This document shows, piece by piece, positions 53,701 through 64,000 of a stretch of 64,000 nucleotides of DNA (its first letter is position 1; each line of letters starts with the position of its first letter). The DNA comes from Eledone cirrhosa (Eukaryota). The notes beneath the pieces were generated by a model. That model was not told the DNA's origin. It saw nothing but the letters and a program-made list of their open reading frames with translations, and searched no databases. Made by a program: the position numbers and the translations under genes. The stretch is taken from the NCBI GenBank assembly GCA_964016885.1, contig OZ024747.1:2728001-2792000 (forward strand), written 5' to 3'.

Positions 53701-54817
53701 TCCTTGAATCTCAGTCATTGATGCTGGTTAACTGGAAAGTCCGTTGGATTGAATATCAAGCCACTACCTGCAGCCTCAGATATTCAGGACGTATCGGAGG
53801 GTTCTTGCTGTTCCAAGCAAGCATGCCTTTTGAAGCGTTCCAAAAAGCATGAAGGGGCCAATTTTCTTTAACCATCCCTGGAAACTTTTGGAGATAGTCC
53901 CCAGTGCGCCTATGACAATCGGGATCACTTTGACTTCATGGCAGTTCCAAATCCTTTTCACCTCCCACTTTAGGTCCTGGTATCGGTTAATTTTCTCCCT
54001 CTCCTTCTCTTGCACTCTCGTGTCGAACGGGCAGGCCACATCCACAATCAGACACGATCTTTTTTCTTTGTCCACAACCACCAGGTCAGGTCTATTGTGT
54101 TCCAGTTTTTTGTCCGTCTGTATCCTAAAATCCCACAGCACCTTCACCTGATTGTTCTCTATCACCGCCTCTGGCCTATGCTCATACCATTTCTCAGAAT
54201 GTGGTAAATTGTTTACTTTGCACAGGTGCCAGTGGATCACCCTGCCCATCACATCGTGTCTCCAGCCCTTATAGTGGGTCTGGGCTAGGTGTTTACACTC
54301 GGACACAATGTGAGCCACAGTCTCCTCTCTCTCTCCACAGATCCTGCACAGTGGGCTAGCCTCCTCCTTGTAAATATGGTGCTTCAACCACTTCGTTTTG
54401 AGGGCCTGCTCCTGCGCAACCATTAGCATTCCTTCTGTAGCCTTTTTGAGGTCTCCTCTTCTCAACCAGTTCCATGTCTGTGGATCTCTAAATTCAGTTT
54501 TCTCAAAGAAGGTACTATGAAGGGATTTTCCCTTAAGGCTGCTCTTCCTCCTTGATGTTATTTCCTCCTTGGACATCCCCTGGCCTACTGTCCCCTCCTT
54601 CAGTACAGTTCTGAGCATTGGCTCCTTACTATAGGTCACGTATTTGTATAGGTTGTTTTTCTCCTTCTGAACACAGTCCTCTATGCTGATAAGACCTCTT
54701 CCACCCTCAGATCTCCTTAGGTAGAGTCTATCGACATCACTCCTCCTGTGGAACATGTTGTAGATAGTCAATAGCTTCCTAGTCTTCCTATCCATTTCTT
54801 TTTGTTCAGCAACATTC

Positions 54818-54820
<3 letters not shown>
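53701..54820 (-). mobile_element. R4/Dong-like RLE retrotransposon, 5'-truncated, open 339-aa ORF
   Basis: GGRGL, CCHC knuckle CRICGEREETVAHIVSEC, RLE HNRPDLVV..IVDVACP..EKINRY; (TTA)n on both sides. Confidence 0.95.
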
Positions 54821-54878
<58 letters not shown>

Positions 54879-54880
54879 GT

Positions 54881-57523
54881 TCTTTGAGTCTCAGTCATTG
54901 ATGTTGGTTAACTGGAAAGTTTGTTGAAATGAATATCAAGCCACTACCTGCAGCCTCAGATATTCAGGACATATTGGAGGGTTCTTGCTGTTCCCAGCAA
55001 GCATGCCTTTTGAAGTGTTCCAAAAAGCGGGGCGGGGCCAATTTTCTTTAACCATCCCTGGAAACTCTTTGAGATAGTACCTAGTGCGCCTATGACAATC
55101 GGGACCACTTTGACTTCATGGCAGTTCCAAATCCTTTTTACCTCCCACTTTAAGTCCTGGTATCGGTTAATTTTCTCCCTCTCCTTCTCTTGCACTCTCG
55201 TGTCGAATGGGCAGGCCACATCCACAATCAGGCACAATCTCTTTTCCTTGTCCCAAACCACCAGGTCAGGTCTATTGTGTTCCAGTTTCTTGTCTGTCTG
55301 TATCCTAAAATCCCATAGCACCTTCACCTGATCGTTTTCTATCACCGACTCTGGCTTATGCTCATACCACTTCTCAGAATGTGGTAAATTGTTTACTTTG
55401 CATAGGTGCCAGTGGATCACCCTGCCCATCACATCATGTCTCCAGCCTTTATAGTGAGTCTGGGATAGGTGTTTACACTCGGATACACTGTGAGCTCTCC
55501 ACAGATCCTGCACAGTGGGCTAGCCTCCTCCTTGTAAATGTGGTGTTTCAGCCACTTCGTTTTGAGAGCCTGCTCTTGCACAGCCATTAGCATTCCTTCT
55601 GTAGCCTTTTTAAGGTCTCCTCTTTTCAACCAGTTCCATGTCTGTGGATCTCTGAATTCAGTTTTCTCAAAGAAGGTACTATGAAGGATTTTTCATGAAG
55701 GTTGCTCTTTCTCCTTGTTGTTATTTCCTCCTTGGACATCCCCTGGTCTATTGTCCTCTCCTTCAGTACAATTCTGAGCATTGGCTCCCTACTATCAGTC
55801 ACGTATTTGTGTAGGTTGTTTTTCTCCATCTGAACACAGTCCTCTATGCTGATAAGACCTCTTCCACCTTCAGATCTCCTTAAGTAGAATCTATCGACAT
55901 CACTCCTCTTGTGGAACATGTTGTAGATAGTCAATAGCTTCCTAGTCTTCCTATCCATTTCTTTTTGTTCAGCAACCCATCTCAGAATTCCTGCACTGTA
56001 CCTAATAATAGACACAGCTCGGGAATTTACTGCACTTATAGCATTCCTACTGTTCAGATGTGATTTTAATATGCTCCTTACTCTCCAAATGTATTCAGAT
56101 CTTATCAATTCCTTCATTTTTTTTGTTCTTGATGTCATCAGCCTCCAGAACACCCAAATACTTGTATCCTTCTTCAGTGTCAATTTCCTTTACCATTTCA
56201 CCTGTTGGTACCTGGATTCCGTTGCTTCTGCTCAATTTACCCCTCTTCATCACAAGGACTCCACACTTACTAATACCAAATTGCATGCATATATCATTGC
56301 TGAAAATACGGACAGTGTCAACAAGCACATCCAACTCCTTCTCATTCTTCCCGAAGAGCTTAAGATCGTCCATAAAGAGGAGGTGATTGATGGTAAGCTC
56401 TCCCTTTCCTAACTTGTATCCTGCTCTCACTTTTCGCAGTATAATGGTCAGGGGCATCAGGGCAAGGACAAACAACAGAGGGGACAAACCATCTCCCTGG
56501 AAGATACCTCTCTTGATCTTCACGCCTCCCAAGGATTCTCCAGCTGATGTTAACTCTGTTTCCCAGGACTTCATACTTTTGCCCAACAACTGTCTGATGT
56601 TATCTGCCACCTTGAAGATCTCTAGGCTTTTGGTGATCCAAGAATGAGGCACCATGTCAAATGCCTTTTTGTAGTCTATCCATCCCATGGCAAGACCAGT
56701 GTGTCTCCTCTTGCAATCCCTCATTACCATCTTATCAATAAGTAACTGGTCCTTTGTACCACGGGACTTCTTTCGGCATCCTTTCTGTTCGTCCGGTAAC
56801 AAGTTGTTTGTGTGGAGGTGATGGTAGATATCCTCAGACACAATGCTTGTCAACAGTTTCCACATTACGGACAGTGATAGGTCTATAGTTGGTAACATCA
56901 TTACCCTTGGTTCGGTCTTTCATTACCAGAACTGTGGTACCTTTTGTCAACCACTCTGGTACCTCACCTGACACCAAGCAGTCATTGAACATGGTTGTCA
57001 GTTTTGGGTGGAGGGATGTTATATTTTTAATCCAATACCCCTGCACACCATCTGGGCCTGGTGATTTCCAGTTGGTTAGTTTTTTAGCCTGCCCCTTAAG
57101 AGTTTCAACTGTGATACTCAAATCAGTTTGTTGGTGTGCCTGTTCACTAATCTCCTTTTGTACTGTCTCAATCCACACTGACTGGTCATTATGTTTAACA
57201 TCCTGCTCCCATATTCCTCTCCAGAATGTTTTAGTTTGTTCCGCCCCAGGGATCAAGTCGTTGCCTCTTTCTTACCCTTCAAGCTGTCCAAACAACATCT
57301 TCTGGTTGTTGTCAAACATGCGGTTCTGTTTATACTGACTGACTCTGCTCTCGTATCGCCTAATTTTTGCACTCTTTGCTAGAATGCGTTGCTTCAGTTC
57401 TTCTATGATAATATTTAGCTTTTTCCTCCTAGTTTTGTACTTTATTTCCAGTCTATTTTTAGTGTCTATGTTTTTTAGTGTCCCATTCAGTAGGGACTCA
57501 AGCTTTCCAATGTCATTTCTCAT
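54881..57523 (-). mobile_element. R4/Dong-like RLE retrotransposon, 5'-truncated, frameshifted RT plus RLE
   Basis: [49 protein letters not shown] and RLE motifs over six ORF pieces; (TTA)n flanks. Confidence 0.95.
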
Positions 57524-57544
57524 TATTATTATTATTATTATTAT

Positions 57545-57591
<47 letters not shown>

Positions 57592-57984
57592 ATTGCTTTT
57601 GTTGTTGTAGTATATTCATGTTTTCAGTCTATAGAATGCAAGTAGATTTTCACATGATCATACAAAAATTCCTACATTGCATAGAAAAACCAGCAACTGC
57701 ACTAGAAAATTGAGAACATCTTTAAAATGCAAAAAGGAACAAAAACCGCTGTAGGTTTTCTATTGAAACCAAAATATGAAATACAGAAATCTCATGATGA
57801 AATACTGAATCCAGTGTATTTTCTAACAAAGTTACAAATCAAATTTTTACAACATATTGATGTTTTTACATTCATTTTAATATCAAGAGCATTTATATAT
57901 CAACTGCAGTTTATGGTTAATACTTCTTTTTGTAAGGGATTGGAATATAGTTAGTCTATTTAACCTGAGTAAATTACTAGTGGA

Positions 57985-58160
57985 GGTATGTGGCCTAGTG
58001 GTAAGGGAGTTGGACTTACAATAATAATGTTGTGGGTTCAATTCCTGAGCATGGCTGAGTTGTTGAGAGATTTGCTTCATAACTATGAGGTTCTAATTCA
58101 TCCCACTGCATGTCATCTTGGGCAAGATTTTCTTTTGCATAGCCTTGAATCAACCCAAGT
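57985..58160 (+). mobile_element. Degraded tRNA-derived SINE(s)
   Basis: tggcctagtggtaag..gggttcaattcc; cttgggcaag. Confidence 0.55.
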
Positions 58161-58567
58161 CTCATAAATGAAATTGGAGGAAGTTGGAAATTATTTGGAA
58201 GACAATTGCATGGATTGTAATTTAGAGGCCCAGGTTTACTACAAAATGTGTCATGCTTTTAGAGAATAGTCAACCACTTTACTTTAGTAAACTGTTCTGT
58301 TGACCAAACATCAATAAGTAGACAACTAGAAAACATCATTGTAACTGATATATATTTACTGTTAATGGTATGAAAATTATACTTCAGCAACAACACTTCA
58401 TTTACTGTGTAAGAGGATACAATTGTATCTCATAGTTAGGTATTTAGCTTTGAACTATACATTGAAATAATAAGTATATATAAAATAATGTGACAAAGAA
58501 ATTATATTGAATGAAAAAGAAATTTTTTAGAGATTGTTTTTGTTTTCTTGTTTTTTTTACTCCTCAG

Positions 58568-58848
58568 CTCTTAAGTCTTGCAACCCAGACCAACCCAAGA
58601 TCATGGATGATAAATGTTCACAGAAGACACTTATTAAAGCAACACTTACAAACAGTACAACTAAATGTTCTTACCAACAGAATCCTGGTCAGAATACAAG
58701 CAGCAATGATGTTATTGATCTGAAGTCTTTTAGAGTCAATAGTACTAATCCTACCATAACACCACAATCTTGGAATCTACCAACTAGAAACAGTTTTACA
58801 TCTTATGCTAAGCCACTTCCAGCAATACCAAAGACAATTTGTTCATAA
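58568..58848 (+). CDS. Candidate terminal coding exon of the same unidentified gene (ALKSCNPDQPK..KPLPAIPKTICS*)
   Basis: Strong polypyrimidine acceptor ttttttttactcctcag; open in phase 1 to TAA; phase matches the 51643 donor (G|CT=Ala). Confidence 0.6.
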
Positions 58849-60106
58849 ATATTGGAATATGATTAATATTATCTATGTGAAAAAAAATGACTCCTTTTCA
58901 TACTCCATTATTAAAACAATATCTGATGAAGATTGAATCATACAAAGAAATATATAAACTAATCAAATATTTTAAATTTCCTGTAACTTGTGATAATTTT
59001 AGACTAATTATTTGGCATAGCAATGGCTTATGACATTTGTATGTTTCTCTGCATTTATGCCTTTTTTGGGTGCCCCTGTGTGTGTGTGTTTGTGTGTGCA
59101 TGTGCAGGAGTAAATCTACGTGTGTATGCGTAAGTCTAACTGTGTGTATGTGTACTGTCTAACTGTGTGTATGTATACGTCTAAATGTGTGTACGTATAA
59201 GCCTAATTGTGTGTATGCATAAGCATAATTGTGTGTCTGTGTGAGTCTGTATGTATGTGTAAGTCTAACTATATGTATAAGTCTGTGTGAATGTGTCAAG
59301 ATATAATTTGATACATCCATCTTTTTATGTATATTTCTTTAAGGTAAAATTTTGAATATTAACAACTTTTTGAGTTTTTTTTTTGTATTTTTCTTTTTTT
59401 TTACTTTCAAAGATCTTTCATCATCTGTTTAATCTCAGATGTCAACTTGGCCTAGAACTAAGAAATTCCTAGTTTCAGTTCTAGCTTCACTCAATCACTT
59501 AAATATTACCAACATTTCAGCTGAAAATTATTTTCATATCTATTTGACTCATCATTTTTTAATGATATATTCTTTTAAGTTATTCCTTTAAACTTAAGAA
59601 TATATTTCCTTTCTTAGAGATAAGACAAAAAAAAACAATATGGCCAAATTAATTAAGATTTTTGTGAAAGAAGCAACAATTGACTTTAAGAAAAAATATT
59701 GATCGACAAGAAAAGCTAACTACAATAGTTAAAATGGTCCAAATAATTATGTTATTATATATAACAGTCATGATATGAAAGGCTCCACAGCCTGAAAATA
59801 TTCAAGACATTTATAAAAGACCTTGAAACATTTAAAATTTGCAGGTTGGAATCGCCTATCAAGCACTTTAAATTCATACCTCTGATAAATGTTAAAAGGT
59901 AAGTATTTTTCTTGTAATATATTTAAAATAAATTTCAATGTTTCTGATACAATGTCTGAATATTATGTTTTGCTCTTGTCTTGTGGTTTGATTTTCTTTG
60001 GTGTAAGTTTACAATCATATTACTATCCAAATGATTAATTAAATCATATCATATGAAGCAAGAAAATCAGACAATATTAATGAAAAAAAAACGTATAAAT
60101 CTAATA

Positions 60107-60663
60107 CTAACCCTTTTTTTTTTCAACTTGGCCAAAACTGGCTCTGGTTTTATGAAATAAAATCAACCATTTTAAAGGTTTCCAGTTTAAATTAAAATCT
60201 TCCAACATAATTTTATTTAAGAACCTCACATTAAGTTACTATCTTAGTAACAAAATAATCAATTATTTTTGTAAAACTTGCTCTGGTTGTATGGAATATA
60301 GCCACCAATTTTAAAGGTTTCCAGTTTAAATTAAAATCTTCCAACACAATTTTATATATGAACCTTAAATTAATACGTTAGTAATGAAATAATTAATAAG
60401 TTTAGTAAATCCCTCAAAATCCTTCATTAATTGGCAGTATCGGTAGAGGGTCGGACACCATGCTTTGACGCATAGAGTTACAGCCCTTGCCATTCTGAGT
60501 TCAAATCCCGCCGAGGTTAACTTTGCCTTTCATCCTTACGGGGTCGATAAAATAAAGTACCAGTAATGCACTGGGTAATTGCTGGCCTTGTGCCCAAAGT
60601 AGAAACAATTAAATAATTGAAATAGACAGTATTTCAATAGTAATGTGATCATGGAAGGGTTAA
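60107..60663. mobile_element. TTAA-type MITE with internal duplication and nested SINE
   Basis: ctaaccctt..aagggttaa; ttttaaaggtttccagtttaaattaaaatcttccaaca occurs twice. Confidence 0.65.
60431..60612 (+). mobile_element. Young SINE (Meta-domain-like) nested in the MITE
   Basis: Near-identical to the reverse complement of 45937-46121; interrupts MITE sequence that is contiguous at about 31020. Confidence 0.9.
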
Positions 60664-61238
60664 ATAAAATAAATAGGATAAATAACATAATACTTTATAG
60701 AATTTAACTTTATTATGCTTAACAAGTAGAGGAATTCTGACAATGGAACCAGTTTAATACTCAGTGCAAAGAACAGGTTGAGAGAGAAGGCACTAGAAGA
60801 CAATAAAGAGAGCATGACATTAAAATCATATTTCATATGTGCTACATATGTTAGTATTACTCAATATACATATTGTTTTAAAGCTAATTTGAAACCGATG
60901 TTAATTGTACTAACTCTAAGTACATAGCAATAAACATATTTTTTTCTATTTGCTTATGAACAATTATATAGCAATCTGTCAATTGATAATCGAAAGCCAT
61001 TTTATTTATTCATTGTCATTGCACCTGATTCCTGCAACCTTTATTAATATATAAACATTGAAAACAGCTTTTATGAAAATCTCTTTCCAACTATATGTCA
61101 GAATAGATTATTTACCTCCGACAATTTATGGAAAAATAGTTTAGTAGTTCATCTCATCATATATACTATCTTTCAAACTACACACATGCGCATGCACACA
61201 CACACATATGATATATACATTATATATGCATATATATA

Positions 61239-63340
61239 TCATCATCACCATTTTACGTCCGTTCTTCCATGCTAGCATGGGTTAGACGGGTTGTCTTGTG
61301 GGCAGTGTCTGGTTGGCTGACCATGCCTTGCTCATACAAGAACTGATTTTTGGCTTGATTTCTACAGCTCGATTCCCTTCCTAACACCAACCTCATTTAC
61401 AGTGAGTGCTGGGTGCTTTTCCGTGGCGCCTACACGTCCACTTTACAGTGTGGGCTGGGTGCTTTTTTGCCGTGGCACCTCCACGACCACTTTGCAGTGG
61501 GAGGGTGTGGGAGCATATTGTCTATATGCTTCAGCTTGTACCCATGGGAGGTCGGGTACTCTGTATTACTGCGTGACGCCAGAGGTCACGGTCATGTGTC
61601 ATCACCTTTGAGAGGTGTAATTGGGTAAGGTCGGCTTTTATCACCTCATCCCAGGTCTTCTTGGATCTCCCCACTCCGCGGTTTCCATTGACTTCTAGTG
61701 CTCTGCACCTTTTTATGCAGCTGTCATCCTTCATATGCATCACATGTCCATACCAACGCAACCGCCTCTCCTGCACACAGCATTTGATTCCTCTTATGCT
61801 CAGTCTGTCTCTCAATTCATTTATGCTTTGTCGTTCGCGTATATTACTATTACACATCCATCGGAGCATGCAAGCTTCGTTTCTTTCTAATCTACGTAAG
61901 TCTTCCACCTTCAGCGCCCAGGTCTCACTACCATGTAACATTGCTGTTCGGATAAAGTCTACCTTTCATTTTGAGGGAGAAGCCTTTTGCAGCTAGCAGT
62001 GGCAGTAGTTCCCTGAACTTCTTCCATCCCATTCTTACCCTAGTTATTGTACTTTCTGAATACCCACCTCCACTGCTAATTCGGTCACCTAGGTAGCAGA
62101 AGCTGTCTACTGTTTCTACAGAGCCCTCCCAGAGATTGGTGGTACTTGTTTCCTGTGACTGTTAGCTGCTTGCTGTCCCAGCACAGCTGCTGCATGTGAA
62201 GCCTACATTCTTAATTAAGCTTCCTGAGATCCCGCTACATCTCTTGTGTACCCATTGTTTGCATTTGGGGCAGAGAATCGAGTCCCTACCTACACCTTTC
62301 CTACATACTGAGCAAGGCCATTTCCCTTAGGGGATCTGGGTTCTGTTTTCTCGTATACTTACAAGGACCTTAGTCTTTGTCATGTTGACTTTGAGACCCT
62401 TTCTTTCTAGTCCCTGCTTCCAAGTTTGGAATTTCTTCTCTAGTTCTACCATAGATTCAGCTATAAGTGCGAGGTCATCAGCATGCAGGAGTTCCCATGG
62501 GCATCCTCTGTTATTAAACTCCTCCGTGATTAATGCATCCTCCGTGATTAAACTCCTCCGTTATTGCCTGCAGGACTATGATGAACAGGAGAGGGCTAAG
62601 AACAGAGCCCTGGTGGACACCAACCTGTACACTAAATTCCTCGCTATACACATTGCTAATCCTAACTTTGCTGACTGCTCCCCTATACATGGCTTGTACA
62701 GCTTTCACAAGCCATTCATCTACTCCTAGTTTTCTAAGAGCCCACCAGATTACAGCACGTGGAACTCTGTTGAAGGCTTTCTCGAGATCGACGAATGCCA
62801 GGTAGAGTGGCTTACTTTTAGTTAGGTACTTTTCCTGTAACTGCCTCACAAGGAAGAGGGCATCAGTGGTGCCTCTTCCTGGTACAAACCCAAATTGCAT
62901 CTCATCTAGTTTCACCCAGTCCCTAATCAACTGTGCTATAACTCTTTCTGTTACTTTCATGACCTGGTCCATCAGGTTTATACCTCTATAGTTTCCTCTA
63001 TCTAGTGCATCACCTTTTCCTTTGTAGCAGTTGATAATGATGCTACTGCACCAATCTTTTGGTATGACACCTTTTAGTATTACCTGGTTAACAATACGTG
63101 TGGTTATAGTGTGACCTACAGACCCAGATGCCTTCAGCATCTCAGCAGCTATACCCGATGGACCGGTTGCCTTCCCCATCTTCATATCTTTGATTGCCTT
63201 ACTTACTACACTGCTGCTGACTTGTACTGCTGGCCCCTCTATAGGGTCTACTTGGGGTAGGGTCTCTTCTTCCCATGCATTCTCCTCATTTAGTAATCTG
63301 TCATAATGGCTCTTCCATGCATCTTTCTTCTCAGCACATG
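61239..63340 (-). mobile_element. RTE-clade (BovB-like) LINE, 5'-truncated, disrupted RT, long 3' UTR with 48-bp units
   Basis: ORFs 62514-63365 (GKATGPSG, NYRGI, QFGF, DLEKAF, QGSVLSP) and 61531-61941; (CAT)n tail. Confidence 0.95.
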
Positions 63341-63372
63341 ATATATTGTATATATATATATACACAATAAAT

Positions 63373-63422
<50 letters not shown>

Positions 63423-63426
63423 ATAT

Positions 63427-63494
<68 letters not shown>

Positions 63495-63613
63495 ATATCA
63501 TGTGCTGAGAAGAAAGATGCATGGAAGAGCCATTATGATAGATTACTAAATGAGGAGAATGCATGGGAAGAAGAGACCCTACCCCAAGTAGACCCTATAG
63601 AGGGGCCAGCAGT
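63226..63613. repeat. Inverted duplication of the RTE 5' junction around a (TA)n spacer
   Basis: 63226-63350 is nearly the exact reverse complement of about 63489-63613. Confidence 0.92.
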
Positions 63614-64000
63614 TGGGGTCATACTTTTACCTATTTCCCACTCTACTACCCTAAGTATTGAGTATCTCTCTCTCTCTCTCTCCATCCCTCCCACTATAAA
63701 CAATTTAATTCTCTTTAACTTACTACACTCTAAATCAACGACATGAAGTCTACGTATCAAAACTGATCAAGGAATCCTTCCACCTCTACCCCTCCCTCCA
63801 TCTCAGTTTGTCACTCTACTTCCTAACTCTTCTCCCCCTTCCTCTCTCTCTCTATACTATTCCGTTTGTCCCCCCACTTTCTAATTCCTCTTCCTCTCTC
63901 TCTATACTAGTAAATACAATTCCAAAAAAATGTTTTTCTCTATATATTAAGAACTTTTTTTAACTTACTATTTTGAAAATTTGGACGTGAACAACAATTA

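Noticed and set aside
53849-57338. + strand ORFs overlapping the Dong, RTE and CR1 elements
   Set aside because: Antisense shadows of retrotransposon coding frames

Overview
AT-rich eukaryotic genomic DNA, dominated by microsatellites ((TA)n, (CA)n, (CAT)n, (TAA)n) and retroelements. The SINE/LINE content suggests a coleoid cephalopod, probably Octopus (inference). Recognisable elements: two RTE-clade LINE families, a CR1-group LINE 3' end with an intact RT-region ORF, a head-to-tail cluster of three R4/Dong-like RLE retrotransposons sitting in (TAA)n tracts, many tRNA-derived SINEs (CORE-like and Meta-domain-like), a mariner MITE, TTAA-flanked MITEs and several minisatellites. Two phase-compatible candidate exons (51502-51643, 58568-58848) suggest the 3' end of an unidentified + strand gene. 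The most unusual signals are (1) a high density of long inverted repeats, several carrying minimal hammerhead-ribozyme motifs typical of Penelope-like pLTRs, (2) recurrent fold-back duplications centred on (TA)n tracts, (3) a MITE with SINEs at mirror-image positions on both ends, and (4) a small prepropeptide-like frame interrupted by one TGA. Most ORFs in the track are low-complexity artefacts. No rRNA, tRNA gene or CRISPR array was seen. Element boundaries were read by eye and are approximate unless a TSD or TIR is quoted.
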